From positions 1,054,001 to 1,118,000 of the forward strand of contig OZ251241.1 of NCBI GenBank assembly GCA_965240325.2: a stretch of DNA of 64,000 nucleotides, read 5' to 3'. This DNA is from Rebecca billardiae RCC1528 (lineage: Eukaryota > Protista > Haptophyta). Positions 10,920 to 22,481 of the stretch are shown here, one piece after another. The number at the start of each line of letters is the position of its first letter. Position 1 is the first letter of the stretch. Under the pieces are notes generated by a model. That model was not told where the DNA came from and searched no databases. It was given only the letters and a program-made list of their open reading frames with translations. The translations under genes were made by a program, and so were the position numbers.

Positions 10920-13248
10920 ATGCCCCCCGTGAAGCGAGAGCCGCGCGCGCGTCCGACGGCGAAGAAGCTGAGGACCTCGGCCGCAGCCGACGAGTCGGCA
11001 GGCGTGGTGCGCGCTGTGCGCCGCGTACCTGCGCGCCCCAAGCTCTCTTCTCACCTCGGCCTTGCGGGTGCCGCGTCGCGTCGCGCCGCACCGCGTCGCG
11101 CCGCACCGCGCTCCAATCCGCGCGTGCTGATGGCGCGCGCACCCGCTCGACGTCTCCACAACCCGTGCGCAGCTCTCGCGCGTCGGCGCGGCGCTCGGCG
11201 TGTGCGCACGCCCGCTGAGCGCAGCCGAGAAGAAGGAGCGCGTCGACGAGCTGTGCAAGCACACGGGCGAGACGTCCGAGGGTGCGACCAAGCTGCTCGA
11301 GCTCTCGGCGTTCGAGGTCCCCGCCGCGATGAAGCTGTGGGCGGGAAGGCAGGGAGCAATCGTGCTCGACGACTCGGACGACGACCTGGCCGAGGGCAAC
11401 GACCAGAATAGCGCCGCCAACTCGCAGGTGTCGCCAATCGACGTCACGCGCATCATGAACGGGTCGAGCTACGGCCGCATTGTCAAGATGCTCAAGCGCA
11501 TCACCACGCTCTCGAAGGCCGCCAAGCTCTCGCTCCCGCGCATCGTCGTCGTCGGCTCCGAGTCCTCGGGCAAGTCGTCGACGATCGAGCGGATCGCGGG
11601 CGTCACGCTCTTCCCGCGCGACGTCCAGATCTGCACGCGCATGCCGATCAAGCTCAGCCTCATCACCTCGGACGAGTCTGACGTCGGCTGCGCGCCGACG
11701 GTCACGCTCAAGTTTGGCGACAAGCCCGACCAGGTGGTCTCCGAGGCGCAGGCGGCGAGCGCGGTCGCCAAGCTGATGGCGGAGGCCGTGCCGGGGGGGC
11801 GTGGCGTGACCGACCAGCAGCTGACGATCGAGGTGCGCAAGGCGTCCGTGCCCACGCTCGACTTGATCGACCTCCCCGGCATCGTCGCGGCGTCGGTCGA
11901 GGGGGAGCCTGCCGACATGATGACGCGCACCCGCTCGATCACGGAGAGCTACATGCGCCAGCCCGACACGATCGTGGTCGTCGTCGTGCCCGCGAACATC
12001 ACGCGCGTGCGCGACTCGCAGGCGATCCAGCTCGTGCAGGAGTGCGCCAAGCAGGAGGTGACGCTCGGCGTGCTCGCCAAGGCCGACCTCGCGCACGACC
12101 CGCGCTACAAGCAGCGCAAGCAGGCGTCGCCGTACTGGGAGCTGAGCCAGCGGCTCGCCGGCGAGGCCGACGACATGGTGGCGCTGCCGAACGGGTGGGT
12201 CGCCGTCAAGAACCGCGACACGCTCGTCGCGGAGGAGGAGGCCGCCGGGCTCGCCATGTCGGCGCACGCCGAGCGTGAGTGGTTTGGCAGCGAGGCCTCC
12301 ATCCCCGCGGCCGTCGCCACCAGCCAGTGCGGCATCGACGCGCTGCTCCGCAAGATCGACGGGCTGTACACGACGCACATCAAGTCGACGTGGGTTCCGC
12401 AGGCGCTCGTGCACCTCAACCAGGAGATGGAGACCGTCACCCTCAAGATCGAGTCGCTCGGGCCTGCGCCCACGTCGCTCACGCTCGAGGGCGTGCTCTC
12501 GGCGTTTGGCAACGAGCTCGCGGCGAGCGGAGCAGCGCTGCTCCAATCGAAGATGTACGAGGAGGTGCGGGTGAGCGTCATCGACCAGGCGTGGGCGGCG
12601 CTGTCGCCGGAAGAGCAGATCGCGACCAACAGCAAGAGCGGCCCGCCGGACCTCTCCAACATTGTGGCGAAGGTGCGCATCCAGGCAGAGTTGATCTCGG
12701 CGCTGAAGAGCGCCGAGAAGCCCGCAGTGAACCTCATGAAAGAGGCGGTGTGCCTCGCCTTCGACAAGAGCACGTCGCCGCTTCGGCTCAAGCGCTTCGT
12801 GGTGCTGCGCGAGGCGATCTGCGACAGCGTCGGCGAGCTGATCAAGCAGGCGATGCCGCTCTTCGTCGAGTCCGCGACGCGTGCGATCAAGCTGCACTAT
12901 GAGCTCCTCACCGGCGATCACTTGGCTTGGCACGACCACGATGCACGTACTCGCCAGGTGTACCTGGTCACCGAGGTGGCACTGCGCGAGCTGATCGTGC
13001 CCGCCATGACGAAGCCCGCCGACGCGATCGGAGCCGCGCTCGAGGCGTCAGCCGCCCGCGATGGCGACTGGGGCGTTGCTGTGGGCAAGCACCGCACGCG
13101 CTCTGCCCAGGCCGACGCGAATCCTGCGCCTACTCGCAGCAATGGTGCACACCCGCTCCTGGAGGAGGCGTGCTTTGCTGAGCGCGCCAAGCTAATTGCA
13201 TGCAAGCATGACCTCTTCATCGCGCTCTCCGAGCTCAACAAGATCTGA
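10920..13248 (+). CDS. Dynamin-superfamily (Mx-like) GTPase with N-terminal UBA-like domain; 2 exons (10920-11006, 11173-13248)
   Basis: G1 LPRIVVVGSESSGKSS, G2 CTR, G3 LIDLPG, G4 AKAD, followed by a helical stalk. A phase-0 GTGCGC...CGCAG intron joins MPPVKRE... in frame. Confidence 0.9.
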
Positions 13249-13633
13249 ACAAGAAGAAGAACGACATCAGCAAGAAGACGGCGTCATCAGCAATGCGCCG
13301 TTGCTGATGCGGACAGAGTACGGACCATGCGCGTGTGAGCTCGGTGGCCGTCGTGCAGCCCGTGCCGCGCACTGATGACATGCTAGGCGACGCTGCCTCC
13401 GAGCCACTCATGGCCTATCAGCGCAGCTGTGCAGCGCGGCCATCAGAATGTATGAATAAGAATAATGAGGCACATATGTCCGCCTCGCACAAATATCCTA
13501 ATCTGCCCGCGTCTGGATGTACACATACATATGTTTAACGTCGTGGCATGCAACGGGCAGGCGTCAGAGTCAGCAAGCTGTAGCAGCAGATCGGGCAGCA
13601 GGGACAAACACCAGGATCAGCGCTCCTCGCCGT

Positions 13634-13656
13634 CCCCCCCCCCCCCCCCCCCCCCC
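13634..13656. repeat. Poly-C tract (C23)
   Basis: Homopolymer seen directly. Confidence 0.9.
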
Positions 13657-15139
13657 TGTCCGGCGCAGAGCGGACGACTCACTACACCGGACAGCTGGCG
13701 GACAGACATAGTCGCCCGGTCGGCTGACAGACTGACAGTGTCAGCCGATCAGCTGACAGTGTCAGCGCCGGCCGCACCTTGCCACACGAGTCACTACTGA
13801 CCGGCTGACAGTTCAGCAGGCTGTCAGCCGTCAGCTGACAAGGAGCTGATAGTAGCTACTATGCCTGACAGGCATGAGCGTAGAGTCACCGAGTAGCTAC
13901 TGACAGTGCCACACTCGTTCATTTCAATCGAGCGTGCTGACGGCGCACGCCCGCGCGGGCCAGGCTGCCGGCGACGGCGAGACCCGACATGCCCGCGCAG
14001 ACGACGACCACTTGCTTGCCTTCGACACGCCGTGCCAGCACCAGCAGCGCAAGTGGCACTGCGCAGCCGTCCACTGCGCCATCGTCGTGCAGCGGCGCCG
14101 GTCGCCCGAGCCCCACCGGCCGACGCCCGTCGCCGTGCGTCCTGGCTCCACTTTATTCCTTTGCTGGCTCCGAAAGACCGATCAATCATCGATTCATCGA
14201 TGAGGCCAAATTATTGATGGAAATTGACGACCGACCATAGGCGACACGGACCATAATTCATAAACCAACTATATGGTTCGTCAGTGGTTGACGGCGGCAA
14301 ATTGCGTCACTGAGCAAGGCCAAGCGCCAGCCGGGCTCCGACTTCGGTTGACCCCCTCAGTCCGGTCACTGGAGCGTTACATCTTAGCACGGAAATCGGT
14401 GGGATCGCAGCCTCTGATGATCTACAATCGTCGCTCCTAGACCATCCCAGGCGGTCCCTGCTTGGACGATATGATGCAGCCAGATGGATCATCATCAGCC
14501 AAGCCTCCAATCGGTTCAGACTCTATATTTTCTATAACTAATTACCCAGTCCAGGTACCATTCCGCATATGTATACAGGTGTCCGGATCGCTTGACCCGG
14601 GCTAACTAATAAACCGGCCTGAGTAAGGGACGGGCGGTAGTTACATAGTAAAAATAGAGTAGTACGTCTGAACCTATAGACTCTAGTGGAAGGTGGTCTA
14701 TCTGATGTGCCCCATTTCTGCTGCTCGTTTAAGTCATCATCAATTGGGGGTCGGACTCAGGGACTCTGCTGCAAGGGCAGTATCGGCTGCGTCGTCCGCT
14801 TGATTATTGGTTATTATTGACTACTTCGGCTCAGGGCCATGCAATTGCAAGATACATGTACGTAACGGATGCGAGCAAAGGGCAGCAGGCGCAGCGGTCA
14901 ACCTGAAACGGCCAGCCGGAACCGCCGGGCCGCAAGCGCTATCATTAATTAATGACATATATATATATATTAATAAATTATTATTGCTGGCGGTAGTCGT
15001 CATTGACATCAATGATATATTATTCATATTGGCTGCGGCATCGTCAATCCTGCGATTATCAGCGAGACGACATCAGCGCCGCGATGATATTAGGCATTCA
15101 GGGCTGGCGACGACGACACGTACTGATGATGATGACCGT

Positions 15140-18100
15140 CTACACCATTGGCAGACAGGGCAGGCAGCCCCCAGCGACAGGCTTATTCGCGGTCGGCGGC
15201 GGCGCGCGTGGCGCACTCCCGGCAGCTGCTGCAGATGCGCCTCCCCCTGGCGGCTGCGGCTGCTGCCCAGCGCTGCCAGTCGGCGGCGGACGTGCATTCG
15301 CTGGCAGCGCCGCGAGCACCCACGGCGGCAGCGGCGGCACGTATGGCTTGAGCCACGCAGGCAGCCACCCCTTGTGGTCGGCCGCGTACACGCCCACGAC
15401 CAGCGCAACGATCGCCAAGAGGGCGACTGCAATCGAGCCGGACGACGACGACGTGGGCTCAGGCGGCGTGGAATCAGTGGCCCCACCCGGGCCCTCCTCC
15501 CGCGCCACCGCCGCCTGAAAAGCCGCGCGCGCGGCCGAGTCCTCGCTCACGAGGAACCGAGCGGCGCTCGCCTCGCGCTCGCTGAGCAGGCTGCTGTAGC
15601 CGCCGCAGCAGTGCAGCCGCACGGCGTACACGCCCGCCTGCGCCGGCGCGGAGATCTCCAGCCTGCGCGTGAGCCGGTGGCCGGTCTCGTCGGCGCCATC
15701 CACGGGCAGCTCTCCCAGCTTCCACTCGACGCCGCCCACCGGCGTCGCGCTGGACGACGGCGGCGCCCCCTCCTCGTACAGCGCGGCCCAGTTGTCGTCG
15801 GAGGTGAGGAACGGGTCTTGGACGATGTAGACCACCAGCGGCGCGCCCGGCTCGAGCGCACGCGTGGAGTGGTGCACCGCGGCGGTCGAGCCTGAGCCTG
15901 CCACCCACCCGCCCTCGAGCTCGGCGGCAGCGGCCGAGCGGGGCGCGTACGTGAGCCAGCGGCTGCCATCGTCATCCAACTCGCTGCCGGCCCGGCACGC
16001 GCCGCCGTCCACGTGGACGACGCACTCGCCGGGGCAGCCATGGCTCTCATGGCCCTCGCAATCAGCGCCGCTCGATCGGAACGCGGCGACGGCTTCGCCG
16101 GCGCTCGGCGCCGTGCGCTCGGCGAGCGCGAGGCATGCGGAGAGGTGCTCCGCGTCCTGCTGCACCGCGGGCTGGGCGGCTGAACACTTGCCAATGCCGA
16201 CAACCCACCAGCGCCGCCGCACAGCGGATGGATCGAAGAGCGAGCGCCTGTGCATCCAGGTGCTCAGCGGGCCGGACCCGTGGCCGAAGGCTTGCATGCG
16301 ACGGATTTGGCCGTCGCTGAAGCGCACGCCACACATGCTGTAGCCTGCACGCACGCGCCGCGCACACGCAACGGGTGAGCGCGCGGGCAAACGCGGCCGC
16401 CGTGAGCGAGGCTCCAGCGGCGGGCTCGTCACCAGCAGTGTGCCGCTGCCGCCGCAGCCGCTGCCGTGGCGTTGGCAGCGCTCGCGCAGACGCGGCGCAC
16501 GCCGCGCGTCGTGGCACGCGCGCGCACTCATCACGTTGTACACCGGATCCAGGCCCGGCAGGGTCGGGCACGTGTCCGGCTGCTGGGGGCGGCCCTTGCC
16601 GTTGGTGAGCATCAACTCAATCTCCTCGCGATCTGGCTTTGGTGGGGCTGCCGACTGCTCCAGCCATTCCTGGTACGCGGCCTCGGCCTGCTCAGGCGTG
16701 TATCCATATTCAAGGAACCTGCGCGCAGCGGGCACCGTGGTGCGGGGGCGCACACAGCCGTACGCAGGCCGTCACGAGCGCAGCTGCATCGAGCAGCGCA
16801 CATCTGCACAGCGCATCGGTGGGGCGAGTGTGGCCGCGCATGCGCGTGCGCATGCGCATGCGCGCGCATACGAAGAGATGACTGACTGCTTCATCTCCTC
16901 CGAGAGCAAGTGGTCGTCAACCTTACTTTCCATGGTTTGGAGGTACAGGTCCACGTCCCAATCGACGCGCTGTGCGCAATCATGGAAGCCGCCGGCGGGC
17001 GGACGCTCCGGAGGCGTGTCGCCCACCTCGTCGCCCTCCAGCCCGCACGCGCCCTGCACGTGCAGCAGCGGGGGCAGCGGGGGCAGCAGCAGCAGGAGAG
17101 GGGCAGGTCCACCGAGCAGCCGCAGGCGGGCATGGCGAGGGTAAGGGGCGGGGCGCACTGGCGGGAGAGGCAGCTGGGCACGGCCCCGTGCGGTGAACCC
17201 TGCATGCCTGTGGCCATGCGTCACAGGGCGCGCGGCCGCGCACCTGGAAGGTGTGGTGCAGGCACAGCGCGTGGCCAAACTCGTGCGCGAGCGACATCGA
17301 CTGCATGTACAGCCCAGAGAAGGGCAGCCCCTGATCGGGCATGCCCTGCATGTTCATGGTGGCCAGAAACACGCTGCCGAAGAAGCCAGCGTAGCCACCT
17401 GCTGTCCTCTTCATCTCGCACACGAAGACATTGATCACGTCGGTGCCAGGAAAGCCTGGGTTGGCAGCACGGGTGCACGTGCGGGCGGGGGGCGGACTCA
17501 GCAGGGGGCATGTCGCTCACCAGCCACTCCGCGTCCAGGCACCGATCTCGCGCACATGCGATCGCAGCATCGCACCGTACGATCCGTCGTGGTCGGCCAC
17601 TCGCTGGACGCCGAGCGGGCACTCCGCGTACTCTGGATTACTCACAAACTTGAGAGCGGAGAGCTCGAAGCGCAGCCGTGTGTCAGGGCGTGGCCCGTCG
17701 CGCGGTGGCGTGCGCGAGTTGGCGAAGCCCTCGCGCCACTGGAACCCGCCGAAGATGTTGTTCATCTGCGCGAAGTTGTTCCGCACGTGCCGCTCTGATG
17801 GCATATCCATGGACGGGTCGGCCGGCGCAAAGACGGTCATCACGACGGGGATGATGACAGCGCTGGTCGACTGCTCGCCACCATCGCCGGCATCTACATC
17901 GCCCACGCGTGGCGCGTCCGCCGGCATCGTGTCGCACGCGTCTCGGAGCTGCTCGGCGGTGAGCTGCGCCTCGTCCGTGCCCGGCCGCGTCTCGCACCAG
18001 AGCCGGAAGTGGCCCTCGACATACATCTCGTCGACGGCGACGAGCGCCTCGATGATCTCGTCCGTGAGCCAGCGCACATGCGGGCGCTCTTCGATCACGT

Positions 18101-18335
18101 CGCGCAGCGTCTTCTCACCGGCGAGAATGGCCAGCGCGTACGGCGTGAAGAAGCGGAGCTCCTCTGCGGTCAGTGCCGGCTCGTCTGGCACGACGGGCGA
18201 GGCGGTGGCTGCGGACATCACCTGCTTCTCCAAGCCGGGGTGCCAGGCGTAGCGCCACTCGAGATGCGGGCTCGTCCACGCGCCATCCGTGGGCGAGAGC
18301 GCGAGGACGACGAGGGCGAACGCGAGAAGCCGCAT
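15140..18335 (-). CDS. Signal-peptide and C-terminal-TM metalloprotease, M43 (pappalysin/ulilysin-like); about 5 exons
   Basis: Signal peptide MRLLAFALVVLAL; motifs IPVVMTV, DTRLRFEL, INVFV, HEFGHALCLHHTFQ-G, GDEVGDTP, CPTLPGLDPVYNVMS-YS, FSDGQIRRM; TM IAVALLAIVALVVGVYAA. Approximate introns: 17456-17542, 17054-17243, 16719-16871, 16345-16527. Confidence 0.85.
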
Positions 18336-18591
18336 CGCACACGAACGCGAGCACGCGATCGTCGACGCCGAGTCACAGCCGGCCGGCGGCGTCCACCAGC
18401 CAGGGGTGCCGAGAGATGATCGAGCCGGCAATCTGAAATCGATCGGAGGCGACCAACTGAACCGGCGTCCGGCGGCCCAAAGTTGAAAGTTGAGAGGCCT
18501 CGTCGAGATTGCGAAGCGAATCCGCGGCCGTGGCGGCGTGGCACGCGCAAGCCGTCGCACCCCGGCAGCCCGGCAGCAGAGAACTGCCGCG

Positions 18592-20418
18592 ATGTCGGGC
18601 ATCGGGCTGCGGCGTCACAGCGACGTCGTCATCGTCGACTTCTACGGCCCGTCATTTGACGGTGCTTCCGACGATGTTCGCTTGCAGCTCTTCCCAGAGG
18701 ACGCGTCGGACGACAAGTACGTGGAAGGCGCGGTCCTCAATTTCGAGGGCGTCCACAGCATCGATGCGGGCGGGGTGGCGAGCCTGGTCGCCATCACGCA
18801 GGAGCTCGACGCGGGTGGCCTCTTGGTGGCGCTCGCGAGTCTCACGCCGTCGGTGGAGCATGCGCTCTTCGACGCGCACGTCCTGGACGTCATACCGCAC
18901 TTTGAGAGCGAGTCCAAGGCAGTCGCGGCGGTGAGCGGCAGGACGTGCGGCAGCGACACGACGGCCTCTACGCTCGCGAGCTTGATCACGGACAGTGATG
19001 GCCTCGAGAATTGCACGCACATCCGCATCGCCAGTGTCGGCGCCTCCGCGAGCGGGCCCATCCCGACGGAGATCGCACTGCTCACCCAGCTGAAGCGGAT
19101 TGAAGTCGATAGCGGCAGCCTGGTCGGCACGCTGCCGACGGAGCTGGGCGCCTTCTCGCAGCTCACGTTCTTCTCGTCCTCGAAGAACGCGCTGAGCGGG
19201 CCGCTGCCGACCGAGCTTGGCTCGCTCTCGCGTCTTCACAGCATCCACGCCTCATTCAACAGCCTGAGCGGCCGGTTGCCGACCGAGCTTTCCGCGCTTG
19301 GCGCATCGCTGACGGCGCTCGAGCTGCGATCGACCGGGCTCGGCGGCACGCTGTCCTCCGAGCTGGGTGAGCTGAGTACGCTCTACAGCCTCCGGCTAGG
19401 CATGAACAGTTTCCACGGGACCATGCCGTCCGAGCTCGGGCGGCTCACCCGGCTCACGAGCGGCTTCGAGCTGCGCTCGAATGTGCTGACCGGCCCTCTG
19501 CCGAGCGAGCTCGGCCTGCTGACATCTGTGGCCGACCTGGAGCTCGCGCAGAACTGGCTGAGCGGCTCGATACCGACAGAGCTGGGCAAGATGGGCGGTG
19601 GGCTCGCCGATGGCTTCAATCTGAGCCAGAACCGACTCACCGGCCGGCTGCCGACGGAGCTCGGCCGGCTCACGCTGCTGACCAGCCAGTTCTTGCTCCA
19701 CTCGCTCTCGCTCAACGGCACGGTGCCGACCGAGCTGGGCGCGCTGAGCGCGCTCACGGACGACTTCCAGCTGCACGCGTCGTCGCTCACGGGTACGATC
19801 CCCACGGAGCTCGGGCAGCTGTCGCTCCTCCAGCGCACCATGTACCTCCACATGAATCGGCTGAACGGCCGGATCCCCTCGGCGCTCTCGAGCTTGGGCG
19901 CGGCGGCTGGCGTCACTCCACTCGACTGCCGGCTGACGAGCCTCCCCGGCGGAGCGGCCACGACCAACGAGCTGCGCGCACCTGTGCCACGCGCCCTGAG
20001 AGACACGTGCCACGTCGACGTGCAGCCGAGCAAGTCGTGGCGCTGGCCGTGCGCCGATTGCGAACGCCACCGCTGCACGCATGGTCGCCGAGGCCATGCC
20101 CACAACTGCGCCTCCAGATGGGGCTTCACCGACCCCGGGGACCGTGAGCGAGAGGCGTGCCGCTGCGCGTGCTGCGCGCGCCAGTGTGCCATGCCCAAGG
20201 GCTGCGAGCCGTGGCCGCTCAAGTCGGCGAAGCTGGCGGCGCAGAGTACTCCGATGCTTGGCGGAGCGGCCGTCGGTGCGTCGCTCGAGCGAGCTGACAG
20301 CGCGACGACCGCTCTGCTTGCAGCCTGTCTGCTTGCGGGCAGCGTGATGCTAGCGGCTGCAGCTATGGCGGTGGTCGATCGACTGCGGCGTCGCAACCGT
20401 GCCATCACGACAGCCTGA
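18592..20418 (+). CDS. STAS domain + 12 plant-type LRRs + Cys-rich segment + C-terminal TM (receptor-like protein)
   Basis: Twelve LxGx(L/I)PxELGxL repeats. The N-terminal ~115 aa match the STAS/anti-anti-sigma pattern (VVIVDFYG...VLNFEGVHSIDAGGVASLV...LVALASLTPSVEHAL). A hydrophobic helix is followed by RLRRRNR. Confidence 0.85.
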   Translation: MSGIGLRRHSDVVIVDFYGPSFDGASDDVRLQLFPEDASDDKYVEGAVLNFEGVHSIDAGGVASLVAITQELDAGGLLVALASLTPSVEHALFDAHVLDVIPHFESESKAVAAVSGRTCGSDTTASTLASLITDSDGLENCTHIRIASVGASASGPIPTEIALLTQLKRIEVDSGSLVGTLPTELGAFSQLTFFSSSKNALSGPLPTELGSLSRLHSIHASFNSLSGRLPTELSALGASLTALELRSTGLGGTLSSELGELSTLYSLRLGMNSFHGTMPSELGRLTRLTSGFELRSNVLTGPLPSELGLLTSVADLELAQNWLSGSIPTELGKMGGGLADGFNLSQNRLTGRLPTELGRLTLLTSQFLLHSLSLNGTVPTELGALSALTDDFQLHASSLTGTIPTELGQLSLLQRTMYLHMNRLNGRIPSALSSLGAAAGVTPLDCRLTSLPGGAATTNELRAPVPRALRDTCHVDVQPSKSWRWPCADCERHRCTHGRRGHAHNCASRWGFTDPGDREREACRCACCARQCAMPKGCEPWPLKSAKLAAQSTPMLGGAAVGASLERADSATTALLAACLLAGSVMLAAAAMAVVDRLRRRNRAITTA

Positions 20419-21041
20419 TTGCAGGGTGCGACGTCGGCGCCTGGCAGCCGCATTGCTCGATGACGAGGATCGGCGCTGAGCGCCTCAGCCTAGCTACCTT
20501 GTGCCAATACTACAACGCGCGCGCGAATCCGGCTCGACCGCCGCCAGGATGCGCCGCCCGCAGGCTGTCAGCCGCTGCGCCGCGCACGGCCACGGGTGAC
20601 CGCACGCGGAGCACTCGAACTGACTCACTCCCCGGAGTCCCGCCCGAGCGCGTACGGCCTAGCGCTAGCTATATCTGATATACGCGATCGGTCCCGGGAT
20701 CGTCACGTCATCACTCTCACGATATGAGTGCATGGAAATCTGATATTTTCAAAATCTGCATGTCCGGAATACGACCGGATCATTACTGTCATTGACATTT
20801 ACTGTATAGACGATTCCAGCCATAAATGCCATTCCAGGGGCGGACGCCGCCCCGGACGGAATCAGGGGCGGGGACGACTGCCGTGAGACGGTGTGTTAGT
20901 GCTGACTACTGCTCTGACTGGCCGTTTGGCAGAGCAGAATCGACTACTGCTCTGAATCGAGTCATCACTCTGAGTACTTCTCAGCGCGCGCGCCAATCCG
21001 ATTGACATCCCTCACTCATCATCAGGCTTCGCGTCACGTCG

Positions 21042-22040
21042 TCACGACGCGCCACGATGCCGCGAGGCCGAGGTGATGTCGTCATCGTCGTCTAGTCGTC
21101 GCCTCCTCGTCGTCGTCACATGCAGTGCTTCGTCGAAGAGCACCAGCGCAGCGACCTCGCAGGCGATGGCCCGACGAGCCGCGCCTAGACTTGGATCCTG
21201 ACGCTGAAGGGTGTCCGCCGAGGCTGAGGCACCGTTGCCGTCGGTGTGCACGAGGCGTGTTGCCCTGGCGACGGCGACAGGCCTGGTTGGTGCGGAGACC
21301 ATGCAGCCGCACCACGGTGGCAGCGCCTCGCGCAGGTCGTCGCGGCGTGTCCACTCCGATGGTGGCAGAAGCTCCCACTCGTCACGTGGCTCCTCGGCGC
21401 GGGCCTCAGCGCCGTTCGATCCAGCGAGATGCACGGCGCCGGCAGCTTTCGTTGGTGGCATGGCTCGCACGGTCAGCAGGGGCCTGCCTGCCTTGAGGCC
21501 CTCGCGCACGGCGAGGCAGAGCACCGTGCCGAGGCGCTCCTCGAGAGCGTGTACGTCAGTCTCACGCATAGGTGGACACGATGCGGTGGCAGCGAGGGAG
21601 GGCGATGCCCTGCCACCCGCCAAGCGCAGCGCCCGCCGGGCTGTCAGCGTGGCCGCGAGTGCGCGCCGCGCATCGAACGGTGCCGCGAGCGCGCACGCAA
21701 ACACGCGCTCGGCCCGACCATCGAGCGGCGGCAGTTCGAGAAGAGGGGCAGCGCGCTCGTACGCACGCAGCCATAGCCCATGATCGCGGTAGACCACCTG
21801 CCGCCACGCGCGGCACACACGGGCGGCCCGGCACAGCTCGCCAAACTCGCAGCCGGCGAGGATGCGCGGCAGATAGAGCGTGAGCGGGTCCGGTGGCGTG
21901 CCGCACATGCCAGCCCGCTCCCAGTGCCGCCACGGCGATGGGAAGCCACCGTGTACGTCTGGGACCACCCAGAACAGGCACGGCTCCGGTAGCGACACCC
22001 TTGGCTTGACCCAACGCGCGTCGCCGTACGCGACCGCCAT
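21042..22040 (-). CDS. F-box protein with SMI1/KNR4-like segment (FBXO3/SKIP16-like architecture)
   Basis: LPRILAGCEFGELCRAARVCRAWRQVV..LW is F-box-like. ETDVHALEERLGTVLCLAVRE resembles the SMI1/KNR4 N-terminus. Confidence 0.65.
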   Translation of the reverse strand: MAVAYGDARWVKPRVSLPEPCLFWVVPDVHGGFPSPWRHWERAGMCGTPPDPLTLYLPRILAGCEFGELCRAARVCRAWRQVVYRDHGLWLRAYERAAPLLELPPLDGRAERVFACALAAPFDARRALAATLTARRALRLAGGRASPSLAATASCPPMRETDVHALEERLGTVLCLAVREGLKAGRPLLTVRAMPPTKAAGAVHLAGSNGAEARAEEPRDEWELLPPSEWTRRDDLREALPPWCGCMVSAPTRPVAVARATRLVHTDGNGASASADTLQRQDPSLGAARRAIACEVAALVLFDEALHVTTTRRRRLDDDDDITSASRHRGAS

Positions 22041-22481
22041 CGTGTACTGGGCGAACTACTGCACGGTAATGAATCTACTAATGATGAGTACTAACGTTCT
22101 CAACGGCTCAACGCTTACTTAGTCCAGCGATTTCGTCACTCTGGGGACCTGTCCGGGCTCCGAAAAGAAAAGAAGATTTGAAAAGACCACTTTTCGTTCG
22201 GCTTTTCGCGGCTTTTTGGGTGTCCGCTTTTTACGCGCCAAACTCGCCGCCCGCGGCGGGCAGGCGTTTCATCGCCTGGGCCTGATCAACAACCCTGGCT
22301 CCTAACAGCTCCGCCGGGCGTTAGACGCCGCCGCGGAGGTCGCTCACGCCGCGGCTCGAGAAGAGGGTGCGTGTTCGGCCCGCTGAGCGAGCGTGCCCGC
22401 GTGCGGCACGATTCACGAGCGTCCGCGCCCGCCCTCCACCTCGCCGCTCGCCATCAGGTGGCACACGGTGGGCGCACGCGC

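Noticed and set aside
5157-20418. PP2C plus STAS as a bacterial partner-switching (Rsb) module
   Set aside because: The PP2C is eukaryotic-type and 12 kb away, the STAS lacks the phospho-Ser, and no anti-sigma kinase is present.
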